A DNA stretch of 64,000 bases. It comes from Patescibacteria group bacterium. GTDB lineage: Bacteria > Patescibacteriota > Patescibacteriia > UBA10025 > JAHIVO01. The notes below the pieces were generated by a model that saw only the letters and a list, made by a program, of their open reading frames with translations, ran no database searches and was not told the origin of the DNA. Made by a program: the position numbers and the translations under genes. The first letter of the stretch is position 1, and each line of letters starts with the position of its first letter. The DNA is taken from contig JBAZWB010000001.1 of assembly GCA_041660605.1 (NCBI GenBank), forward strand, positions 686,503 to 750,502, given 5' to 3'. Below are positions 20,948-29,921 of the stretch, one piece after another.

Positions 20948-21668
20948 GTATAGAAATTCTCACCTAGATCCAAAAATAGTCAACTATTACGAGCATACCG
21001 TGTATGGTCATGGCTCAAGCTATAGCCTTCTTTGGAATTTAGAAAAAAGTATTCTACTAAAAATATTTAAAAAGTATAATTTGCAAAATAATTCCACTAC
21101 GTATCTTGATTTTGCCTGCGGTACTGGCAGAGTAATTTCTTTTCTTGAAGATAAAGTGAGAAACTCTTTTGGTATAGATGTATCGCAGAACATGATTAAT
21201 CTCGCGCTACCCAAACTTCATCGCTCAAAACTTATGGTGGTCGATTTGGCATCTGACGATAAATTACTTGACGAAAAATACGATCTAATCACTGCTTTTC
21301 GATTTTTTCTGAATTCCCAGCCTGAACTACGTAAAACAGCAATGAATATTTTGGGTCAAAAATTATCCACCAATGGTTTGTTGATTTTTAATATTCATGG
21401 TAATACAATCTGCTATCGCTTCCCTATTGTAATTTTATACCGATTATTTGGTAAACCGCTCCAGCAAATGACATACTTTCAGGTAAAAAATCTTGTCCAT
21501 CAAAACGGCCTTAAAATAGTTGGGTATTATGGCGTGGGATTCATACCAAAATTTTTATACCCTATTTTTCCCAAAACATGGATAATGACATTTGAAAAAA
21601 TTTTGTCAAAGACATTATTAAAGTATTTATGCTTAGACATGATTTTTGTTTGTAAAAAAAATGAATAA
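20928..21668 (+). CDS. class I SAM-dependent methyltransferase; paralog of 19092..19847
   Basis: 246 aa. YLDFACGTGRVISFL, ITAFRFF and NIHGNT mirror LDFACGTGRW / LTAFRFY / DLHLNT of the upstream MT. Confidence 0.8.
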   Translation: MSKSNREYRNSHLDPKIVNYYEHTVYGHGSSYSLLWNLEKSILLKIFKKYNLQNNSTTYLDFACGTGRVISFLEDKVRNSFGIDVSQNMINLALPKLHRSKLMVVDLASDDKLLDEKYDLITAFRFFLNSQPELRKTAMNILGQKLSTNGLLIFNIHGNTICYRFPIVILYRLFGKPLQQMTYFQVKNLVHQNGLKIVGYYGVGFIPKFLYPIFPKTWIMTFEKILSKTLLKYLCLDMIFVCKKNE

Positions 21669-22488
21669 ATATTTATCATTCAGAAAAAATAAATATTTTG
21701 TTAGAAATGACCTTGAATCATTTTTAATATTTTATCGATTTTTTTTATTCCGCCCCTTTTTAATCGGACATTTCTTACGCCTGTCACTTAAGTTTTTTGA
21801 TTCCGTTTTTTGCGCTATAATTAAAATTTTTTTCGTATTACGTTTTAATTTTCTATTGCCAGCAAAAAAACTCAATGCAAATTTTTTAATTTCCCGGCGT
21901 GGAGGTGGCCTGCAAAAAAATTTATGCATTATTGAAAAGAGTAATTCTCATTATAAACTAAATAAAATATTTTCGGATGATAATGCATTTAAACGAGAAC
22001 AAAAATTTTTAAACCTGTACTATGCCAAATCGGATAAAATTCTCCTACCTGAATATCGAATTTATGAAAAAAAAATTGTATATACCTTCCTAAAATCTGA
22101 ATCATTAAAATCATTAATCAGGCGCGGTTGTATTACCAAACCACGGGCATTACAAATTTATAAAAAAATCTTTTCTGCTATGACCCCTCTTTACAAAAAG
22201 AATGATAATTATCAGCATGGTGACTTGGCTACTGAAAATATTTATCCTGTTAATGATTTTATTTATTTAATCGATTTTGCAGATTCAGCTTTTCTTCCGC
22301 CATTTTACGATACGATCTTCCTGCTCTACCGGATTGTATCAGAGTTTGACCGTATAACTTACTCTTACTTCATTAGTAATGCCTTAGCGATTTTTAATTC
22401 ATTACAATTAAAAATAAAATTGTCGCGAGGCGATATTATAAATTTTGATCAAACATATAAACACAATTTAAAATTAAAATATGGATAA
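21646..22488 (+). CDS. protein-kinase-like phosphotransferase; paralog of 18184..19089
   Basis: 280 aa. QHGDLATENIY (HxD catalytic-loop-like), IYLIDFADSAF (DFG-like) and PFYDTIFLLYR, matching IYFIDF / PFFYDLARF of the first copy. Confidence 0.45.
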   Translation: MFVKKMNKYLSFRKNKYFVRNDLESFLIFYRFFLFRPFLIGHFLRLSLKFFDSVFCAIIKIFFVLRFNFLLPAKKLNANFLISRRGGGLQKNLCIIEKSNSHYKLNKIFSDDNAFKREQKFLNLYYAKSDKILLPEYRIYEKKIVYTFLKSESLKSLIRRGCITKPRALQIYKKIFSAMTPLYKKNDNYQHGDLATENIYPVNDFIYLIDFADSAFLPPFYDTIFLLYRIVSEFDRITYSYFISNALAIFNSLQLKIKLSRGDIINFDQTYKHNLKLKYG

Positions 22489-23635
22489 ATCAATTATTGA
22501 CCATAATAAAATTAAGGTATGTTTTGTACAAGCACATGTCTACCCTTTTTTTGATAAAAAAATTAATGCTACTATCGGCGGAGCAGAATTGCAATTATAT
22601 TTAATCGGTACAGAAATTGCTAAAGATAACGGATACGAAGTTTCATATTTAGTTGGCGATTACGGCCAGCCAAAAACAGTTCAGCACGGTAATATAAGCT
22701 TATTCAATGGTATTCCAACTAAAAAAGGACTTTCATTATTGAAAAAAATTAGTTCAGCATTAAAAATATACAGAATCCTAGGAAGAATTAACGCCGATAT
22801 TTACATCTCATCAGGCGCTAACAGCGTTATTGGTCTTGTATCTTATTTTTGCCTCCACAAAGGTAAGATTCATATTTATCGGACATCACATAAAAATGGT
22901 TGCAATAAAGTGTATATCAATCAAAATGGGTTAACCGGAAAAATATTCCAATACGGTTTAGAACATGCCAATTTCGTAATTACTCAGTCAAAAGAACATC
23001 AAATCCTTCTTAAGCAGCATCATAATCGAAATTCAAAGGTATTTAGAAATATTTTTCCGATTCAAACACAAAAAAATGGACTTAAGAAGAAAACCATCCT
23101 TTGGGTAGCCAGGATTGCGCACTGGAAACAACCAGAATTATTTATTGAGTTAGCTAAATTATTTCCTAGTGAAAAATTTGTAATGGTTTGCGCTACTAGC
23201 AAAGAAGATGTTCATTATCAAAATAAAATTCAATCAATGATTAAACAGCAATCAAATATTAAGCTCTATAATCAAGTTCCCTATGACCAAGTCCAAAAAA
23301 TTTTTAACGAAGCTAAAATATTTGTCAATACCTCCATGGCAGAGGGCTTTCCAAATACATTTTTGCAGGCTGGCGTTGGTAAGACGCCTATCGTATCTCT
23401 AAATGTCAATCCAGATGGATTTATCGAACAATATAATTGTGGCTATTTTTGCCAAAATAATTTTAATAATATGGTATTAAAAATTAGAATATTGCTGAAG
23501 CAGAGAGATGATTGGCAGAAAAAAAGTGAGAATCTTTATAATTATGTCAGGAACAATCATGATCTATCAAGAAATGTAGCCTATCTAAAACAATTGATCA
23601 GGTATTTTATCTCCGAGTCAAAAAGTCTAAAATAA
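22481..23635 (+). CDS. GT4 glycosyltransferase
   Basis: 384 aa. C-terminal NTSMAEGFPNTFLQAGVGKTPIVSLNVNPDGFIE (E-x7-E-like region). Confidence 0.7.
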   Translation: MDKSIIDHNKIKVCFVQAHVYPFFDKKINATIGGAELQLYLIGTEIAKDNGYEVSYLVGDYGQPKTVQHGNISLFNGIPTKKGLSLLKKISSALKIYRILGRINADIYISSGANSVIGLVSYFCLHKGKIHIYRTSHKNGCNKVYINQNGLTGKIFQYGLEHANFVITQSKEHQILLKQHHNRNSKVFRNIFPIQTQKNGLKKKTILWVARIAHWKQPELFIELAKLFPSEKFVMVCATSKEDVHYQNKIQSMIKQQSNIKLYNQVPYDQVQKIFNEAKIFVNTSMAEGFPNTFLQAGVGKTPIVSLNVNPDGFIEQYNCGYFCQNNFNNMVLKIRILLKQRDDWQKKSENLYNYVRNNHDLSRNVAYLKQLIRYFISESKSLK

Positions 23636-23640
23636 TCCTC

Positions 23641-24432
23641 ATGGAAAAAATTTTGATTTCAATAATAAATATAATTAATATAATCAGGGATTTCACTAAC
23701 TGGCCTTTAGTAATCCTAAACTATTTACACATACGAAAAGCAGTTACTCTAAAACATCGCAATGGTTTGCATTTTTTTTGCCATAACCGGGCTCACTCAA
23801 AAATAATACAGGAAATGTTCCAAGGAATGATTTACAATAAGCACTTAATTGATCAAATAGGCCAAACATTACATAAAAAAACTATTATTGATATAGGAGC
23901 GCATGTGGGGAGTTTTTCCTTTTGGTTTGATTTTCATTGCCCTGGTAATACTTTCTATTTGTATGAGCCCGACAAAAATACATTTGATATATTACAAAAA
24001 AATGTTTGGCTGAATTATAAAAAAAAATTTCACATTTTTAACATCTGCGTCGCCTATAAATCAGGAATTGTTACATTTTATTCTACGTCAAGCAAAGGTC
24101 AAACTCAATCTTCATCTATACTTCACCGATCTGCTAATGAAGATAAATACTCTATCAATGCGAAAACGTTAATTGACATTATTACAGAAAATAAAATAAC
24201 GCAGGTAGATCTAGTAAAAATGGATTGCGAGGGTGCGGAATTTGATATTATACTTCAAGCACCGACTCGACTTTGGGCAATAGTTAAGGCAATACTTTTT
24301 GAATACCATGATGATATTTCGGGTAAGTCACACGAACAACTTGTTAAATCATTAAAGCCATTTTATAATACTATAGTTGTTCATCCGGCGCGATATAATA
24401 AATTTCGTGGCACAATTTTCGCTAAAAATTAA
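23641..24432 (+). CDS. FkbM-family methyltransferase
   Basis: 263 aa. IIDIGAHVGSFSFWF (FkbM motif I) and C-terminal LFEYHDDISGKSHEQL. Confidence 0.75.
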   Translation: MEKILISIINIINIIRDFTNWPLVILNYLHIRKAVTLKHRNGLHFFCHNRAHSKIIQEMFQGMIYNKHLIDQIGQTLHKKTIIDIGAHVGSFSFWFDFHCPGNTFYLYEPDKNTFDILQKNVWLNYKKKFHIFNICVAYKSGIVTFYSTSSKGQTQSSSILHRSANEDKYSINAKTLIDIITENKITQVDLVKMDCEGAEFDIILQAPTRLWAIVKAILFEYHDDISGKSHEQLVKSLKPFYNTIVVHPARYNKFRGTIFAKN

Positions 24433-24447
24433 AAATTATTAAAAATA

Positions 24448-25233
24448 ATGTGGTTTTTAAAAAAAATTAAAACAATAATGAAATCACTTAAGAGCAAAGT
24501 AATCCCTGATTTTATTAGGTTAAAATTTGATGCTGAAGAATTTAGTATTACTAAATTTGTCGAATTTGCGTCAAAACAAATCGCACCTACCGATAAAATT
24601 TTAGACGCAGGTGCCGGTTCCTGTCCATACAAAAAATATTTTAACCATGCAAGTTACGAATCTACCGATTTTGAAAACATTTTCGATAAATCTTCAAAAA
24701 ATAAGCATACATTCATCTGCAGTTTAGACAACATCCCAAAATCAGATGAATCTTATGATGCTATTCTAAATACCCAAGTGTTGGAGCATGTCGAATATCC
24801 CCAAAAAGTAATTAAAGAATTTTTTCGTATACTCAGACCTGGTGGTAAATTGTTCCTTACTGCACCCCAAGGATGGGGCATTCATGGTGATCCTTACCAT
24901 TTTTTTAATTTCACAAAATATGGCCTAAAATCACTTTTTATTAATGCCGGATTTACAATAAAATTTATTAAACCAAGAGGTGGAATTTTTTGGTATTTGG
25001 GGAAACGTATTAAAATGCTCCCACTTTATATTTTCTTACAGCATATCATATTAAAAAAAGATGGTGCGACAAAGTTCAAACCTACGCTTACTGGTTTTTT
25101 GTTATTACCATTTTATATTTTGTCTATACCAATCTGCAGTTTATTAATTCCTTTGCTATTTTTTTATCTTGACAAGCTTGACAAAAAGCAAGATTTTACA
25201 TTGGGGTATGCTTGTTATTGTGAAAAAAAATAG
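24448..25233 (+). CDS. class I SAM-dependent methyltransferase
   Basis: 261 aa. ILDAGAGSCPYKKYF, ILNTQVLEHVEYPQKVIKEFFRILRPGGKLFLT (MT type-11-like). Confidence 0.75.
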   Translation: MWFLKKIKTIMKSLKSKVIPDFIRLKFDAEEFSITKFVEFASKQIAPTDKILDAGAGSCPYKKYFNHASYESTDFENIFDKSSKNKHTFICSLDNIPKSDESYDAILNTQVLEHVEYPQKVIKEFFRILRPGGKLFLTAPQGWGIHGDPYHFFNFTKYGLKSLFINAGFTIKFIKPRGGIFWYLGKRIKMLPLYIFLQHIILKKDGATKFKPTLTGFLLLPFYILSIPICSLLIPLLFFYLDKLDKKQDFTLGYACYCEKK

Positions 25234-25379
25234 TTTATATAAAAGCGATAAAAACAGACGTATTAAATTATTTATTAAATACAACTGCCCCAGAAACCTG
25301 GCCCAAGATAGGCACTATTATACTTGAATTTCACGATGATATTACAAAGGAACCGCATGGCCAGTTGATCAAACAATAA
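25224..25379 (+). pseudogene. decayed C-terminal fragment of an FkbM-family methyltransferase
   Basis: Manual translation of this short ORF (flanked by stops) gives ...WPKIGTIILEFHDDITKEPHGQLIKQ*. This aligns with the C-terminus of 23641..24432 (WAIVKAILFEYHDDISGKSHEQLVKS). No start codon or N-terminal domain is present. Confidence 0.55.
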
Positions 25380-25465
25380 TATTATTATATAATAATATTA
25401 TAATTATACCGAACAGAATGTATAAACTTCGTGGAACTACTTATGCTTGAAACTAATCAATAAAT

Positions 25466-26116
25466 ATGAATATTAGTAAATATTTTAAATATTTGATTCC
25501 ACCCATGACTTTAATTTTTCATACTAAGAAAACTGGATTATATAGATATAAAAACTACAGTCATTATAAAAAAGTTCAAGTTGAGGGAAATATTAAAAAA
25601 ATTAATCAATCATGGGTTGTTGAAAAAAATATTAAGTATTTATCAAGTTTTTTAAAAAATGAAGTGCCAAATCTTAAATTTGGCATCTGTCATGGTACTA
25701 GACGTGGGAAAGAACAAGAATGGTTCAGTAAATATTTAAGTATAAATGTTATCGGTACTGAAATTTCTCCTACCGCAACACAATTCCCAAATACAATACA
25801 ATGGGATTTTCATGATGTAAAACCCGAGTGGATTAATAATATCGATTTTATTTATAGTAATTCTTTTGATCACTCTTATAAACCAAAGGAATGTTTAGAC
25901 GCATGGATGAGTTGTATAAAAAAAAGTGGGATGCTAATTCTAGAATGGACTACTGGACACATAGGGGTCGACGAACTCGATCCTTTCGGTGCAACTTTAG
26001 ATGCCTACAAAATACTAATAACTGAAAAATATAAAATTAAAAAAATTCTAAAAGCTCCTAGTAATCGTTTATGGAAATTACATAATAGATATTATTTCAT
26101 AATTTCACATAAGTAA
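25466..26116 (+). CDS. putative methyltransferase-like protein (weak)
   Basis: 216 aa. FGICHGTRRGKEQEWFSKYLSINVIGTEISP loosely resembles a Rossmann MT motif I/II. Uncertain. Confidence 0.4.
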   Translation: MNISKYFKYLIPPMTLIFHTKKTGLYRYKNYSHYKKVQVEGNIKKINQSWVVEKNIKYLSSFLKNEVPNLKFGICHGTRRGKEQEWFSKYLSINVIGTEISPTATQFPNTIQWDFHDVKPEWINNIDFIYSNSFDHSYKPKECLDAWMSCIKKSGMLILEWTTGHIGVDELDPFGATLDAYKILITEKYKIKKILKAPSNRLWKLHNRYYFIISHK

Positions 26117-26184
26117 TTATTTACTAATATTTTTTTAAAATAGACTTAATTATCAGATAAAAAAATTATAATAAGTTTAAACTA

Positions 26185-26219
26185 AAAAATTCAGAGTTTC
26201 ACTTAAACTCTGAATTTTT
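26185..26219. terminator. bidirectional rho-independent terminator between convergent genes
   Basis: Perfect 15-bp inverted repeat AAAAATTCAGAGTTT / AAACTCTGAATTTTT with a 5-nt loop. A/T runs on both sides give a U-tract on either strand. Confidence 0.55.
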
Positions 26220-26265
26220 ACTGAAAACAATATACAAAATTTAATTTCCTTAATATAAAATCGAA

Positions 26266-27573
26266 TTAATTTATCTGTTTACTCTTAAGCTGAAAAAAAT
26301 ATTTTAATGAGTATTGAGGATAATGTCGAAAAAAGTATATTTCGTATAATATCATTTTAAATCCATATCCAATTACCGTAGCAACTGCACCACCCATTAT
26401 ACCCATCCGGGGAATCAATACGATATCAAATATTATATTTATCGCAAATTGACCAATGTTAACTATTTGAGAAAAACGAAATTTTTTTAAGGAAATAATA
26501 ATAGGGATGTAAAAAGTATTATATGCAGCCAGTAATGCTCCAAAAATTAGCATCTTTAATATAGGGACGGATTGAGAATACTCACTTTTATAGACTAAAC
26601 GAATTAACACTGAAATGTTAAAATATAATAAAAATAAACCAAAGATAATAATTAATAAAAGTTTCCATCGTTTACTAAAAAGGTAATTGGATATTTTTTT
26701 TGAATTCTTAATATTCGTCGCGATGAATGGGGTAAAATAACTACCAAGAATAAATGTACTCATTACTAAACCCTTAAAAACTTCGTAACTCAAATTATAA
26801 ACTCCAATTTCATGAAAAGACACATAATGTCGTAACACTAAATTATCGCCCCAATTAACTAAATAAACTCCAACTGAACCAAACATTATCCAGCTGATAT
26901 ACCCTATAGTTTCTTTAAATAATTTTTTATCAATAACAAACGGGAATAACATGCTGTAATCTGTACGACGCAGGAATATGGGAAAAAATATCAATAAAAG
27001 TATGGCCGAGACAAGATACGAGTAAAATATATTGTTTAAACTTAATTGATGAAAAATGAACAGAAGCAAAACGGATAGAACATTAAATAAACCGAAGAAA
27101 AAATCGATCCAGGAATGCTTTAACCTCATATTCAAAGCTAAGAAAAGATTTCCGATAAACCGATATAACGTTAGCCCGGTATAGGCCAAAAAAAGTGAAA
27201 ATAATTCTAAACGCGTTATGCCCGCAAAATTCTGCAGATACTTGCCTAATACCAAATTTACTAAAATATATATGCTAATCGAAATAATCAAAAAAATGAT
27301 CTGCACTGAAAAAGACTTATTAATTTTTCCTGATAAGTTTCTTTCCTGATTCGCGTTCACAATAAAAGGTGTTTGCGCAGACGCTATTAGCAGACTTGAA
27401 AAGAAAAAAATTATAGTTTTTGACAACGAATAACCGCCAAATAAGCTAGGAGATAAAAATTTCGCTATCAGAAGCGGGGCCAATAGTGAAAATCCCTGTC
27501 CCACTAGTTTAATAAGCGAAAAACTTAACATCATCTTCCCCAGCTTAAATTCTTTTATTACTCGACGAATCAT
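26266..27573 (-). CDS. Wzx-like oligosaccharide flippase (MOP/polysaccharide-biosynthesis family)
   Basis: 435 aa, ~12 TM. N-terminal LIKLVGQGFSLLAPLLIAKFLSPSLFGGYSL is typical of Wzx/RfbX-type proteins. Confidence 0.7.
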   Translation of the reverse strand: MIRRVIKEFKLGKMMLSFSLIKLVGQGFSLLAPLLIAKFLSPSLFGGYSLSKTIIFFFSSLLIASAQTPFIVNANQERNLSGKINKSFSVQIIFLIISISIYILVNLVLGKYLQNFAGITRLELFSLFLAYTGLTLYRFIGNLFLALNMRLKHSWIDFFFGLFNVLSVLLLFIFHQLSLNNIFYSYLVSAILLLIFFPIFLRRTDYSMLFPFVIDKKLFKETIGYISWIMFGSVGVYLVNWGDNLVLRHYVSFHEIGVYNLSYEVFKGLVMSTFILGSYFTPFIATNIKNSKKISNYLFSKRWKLLLIIIFGLFLLYFNISVLIRLVYKSEYSQSVPILKMLIFGALLAAYNTFYIPIIISLKKFRFSQIVNIGQFAINIIFDIVLIPRMGIMGGAVATVIGYGFKMILYEIYFFRHYPQYSLKYFFQLKSKQIN

Positions 27574-27586
27574 AATTCTTTAATTA

Positions 27587-29827
27587 TCATTGGAATAAAA
27601 AAACCTTGCTTAAACCATCCGGAGATAAATAAACAATTTTTTCTTTGTTCGTATTCAGAAAGTTGATAAAATCATTGCGGACATGAACAGTATATAGTAC
27701 ATTTATGCTCCCTCCGTTAATAACCAGCCAAACTTTTCTTGTATCCTTAGTATCTATAATTTTTTGCACATCCTGGACGCTGGTAAGAATCTTGCTCCCC
27801 TCTCTATTAATAAAATTATAATTATTATCGATAATAGATTTACTAATTGAGCTTCCGCTTTGATTAAAAATATAATCGGGTTTTCTATCCATAATAAAAT
27901 CATAGGAACTCACTACGTTAATCCAAATGTCGCCCGGGCCAATTTGCTCGTTCAAATAAGTATACTGTGTTTTAAAATCAGCCCGATAAGCGGCAACTGA
28001 CGTATTTCTGAAGGGATCTTTGGAAACATCATCTCCATATTGGATAGTTATTCTGTCGTAAAAATTCGGCTGTATCAAGACAGTTAATAATATTAAAACT
28101 ACTAGAGTGCAAAATATCTGCAATTTTTTATTGTTTATGAATATTTTAATGATAAAGTAAATAGCAAAACTAGAAATGATAACATAAATGCCTTCTGCAA
28201 AAAGAAAAATTCTGGGTCCTACAACATTTCGACTACCTATTTCATAAATAATCACTGATAAAAATAAAACAGCATATAAATAAACTAAAAAACTAAGTTG
28301 TTTTCCAATTTTAACTTGTGATTTTAATTTTTTAAAAAATAAGTAAATAAATAAAAGTCCAATAAATATAAAAAAGATTAAAGGTATGTAATTTTTATTA
28401 AAAAAATCAAATAAATACCATTGGGGAAATTGGAATAGCGGATATGTTGGCGTGTCAACTCCCAGTAAAACATTTTTTGCATATGTCACGTCAAGCTGTA
28501 AGAATTTTTGAAAAGGATTATCCATATAATAAATGCAGACAATAATTGGCAAGAAAATTAAATTAGAAATATTGTTTTTTATTGTTGCAAATATATGCCG
28601 ATGTTTTGATATAAGTTGATAAATAAAAAATATGCACCAAACTCCAATTATAGCCATGAATATTGCTCCCAGCTGAACTGTCATCAACATTAATAAAAAA
28701 ATAACAACCGATAATATTTTATATTTAAATTTATTCTGAAAAAAACCAAGATAAATCGTATAAACCGCGGCCAAAAATAAAAATGCATTCATAATATAAA
28801 AACGCGCAAATCTTGAGTATTCTATATTGTATGTTGAAAAGACCAGGAAAAATAAAGTTAAAAGCCCGATCCATTTATTAATTTTTTTAGCGTACCAAAA
28901 AGATAAAAAAACAATCCCCATTCCAAAAAGAAAGCTGGGAAACCGCAGCCAGAATTCTGTTAAGCCAAAGGATGCCGTAAAAACTGAAACCAGATAGTAA
29001 TATGCTACCCCACGCCAATAAAAAATTTCACCCATAAAAGGCACGCCTTTCTGAAGTATAGCTTTGGAAACTAAACCCGCGGTGCCTTCGTCCCACCATA
29101 AACTTAAAGTTCCCAAATGATACAATCTTAGTACGGCCGCCATCACCAGTAAAATCAGTACAACAGTACTATAAATTTTTCCATTCTGATAATACCACTT
29201 ACAAATCAAACCTATTAATGGTACACGTGCGATTTCTGGGTAATTTTCTTTAAATTTCGTCGCTCTATTGAACTGAACGTTTTCTAAGAATTCGGATTCT
29301 TTAACGGTTTCTATAAATGATTTTTTAAAAATTATTTCTAGAATTTGATAAATTTTATTTCGTATAGATCTGAGGAAAAATAAACCTGCTAAAATAATTA
29401 AATAATTATAGATTATATGAAAATGATAAATATTTTGAGATGAATAATTATTTAGACTAATCGCCCATAAAGAATTAAATATTAATGAACATAATAAAAT
29501 GGTGATCCAAAATTTTTCATTTTTAAGCCCATTTTTACTAGTTAATACAAAAATTAAAATACTATCTATAAATATGAAAATCAAAATAAACGGGTCAAAC
29601 GTTTGCAGCCAAAAAAAATTCCCAATTGCATTAAGATTTACCCCTTGATAATTACTAAATATCAACACTCTTCCTGTAAATAGAAATAAAAATATAATAA
29701 TAAAGAAAAATAGTAAAACATGCACTATTCTCCTTATTATCCACCATTTCCTTTGGGGGAAATAAATATCTTTTAACTTACTTATTTTATTACTATTGAT
29801 TGCTTTTTTTGCAAAATCAATTTTCAT
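27587..29827 (-). CDS. GT-C-fold PMT/ArnT-like membrane glycosyltransferase (GT39/GT83-like) with a large C-terminal extracytoplasmic domain
   Basis: 746 aa. Hallmark region LRLYHLGTLSLWWDEGTAGLVSKAILQKGVPFMG...FWLRFPSFLFGMGIVFLSFWYAKKI (the DE motif plus amphipathic loop of Pmt/ArnT), plus many TM helices. Confidence 0.7.
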   Translation of the reverse strand: MKIDFAKKAINSNKISKLKDIYFPQRKWWIIRRIVHVLLFFFIIIFLFLFTGRVLIFSNYQGVNLNAIGNFFWLQTFDPFILIFIFIDSILIFVLTSKNGLKNEKFWITILLCSLIFNSLWAISLNNYSSQNIYHFHIIYNYLIILAGLFFLRSIRNKIYQILEIIFKKSFIETVKESEFLENVQFNRATKFKENYPEIARVPLIGLICKWYYQNGKIYSTVVLILLVMAAVLRLYHLGTLSLWWDEGTAGLVSKAILQKGVPFMGEIFYWRGVAYYYLVSVFTASFGLTEFWLRFPSFLFGMGIVFLSFWYAKKINKWIGLLTLFFLVFSTYNIEYSRFARFYIMNAFLFLAAVYTIYLGFFQNKFKYKILSVVIFLLMLMTVQLGAIFMAIIGVWCIFFIYQLISKHRHIFATIKNNISNLIFLPIIVCIYYMDNPFQKFLQLDVTYAKNVLLGVDTPTYPLFQFPQWYLFDFFNKNYIPLIFFIFIGLLFIYLFFKKLKSQVKIGKQLSFLVYLYAVLFLSVIIYEIGSRNVVGPRIFLFAEGIYVIISSFAIYFIIKIFINNKKLQIFCTLVVLILLTVLIQPNFYDRITIQYGDDVSKDPFRNTSVAAYRADFKTQYTYLNEQIGPGDIWINVVSSYDFIMDRKPDYIFNQSGSSISKSIIDNNYNFINREGSKILTSVQDVQKIIDTKDTRKVWLVINGGSINVLYTVHVRNDFINFLNTNKEKIVYLSPDGLSKVFLFQ

Positions 29828-29921
29828 TAATTTTTGTTATAATAAGAATTTCCAAAATTGTAATTTTAAATTGCTCAAAAATTCAACGTTTTGTTAACAT
29901 AAAAATATCATAATTTCGAGT

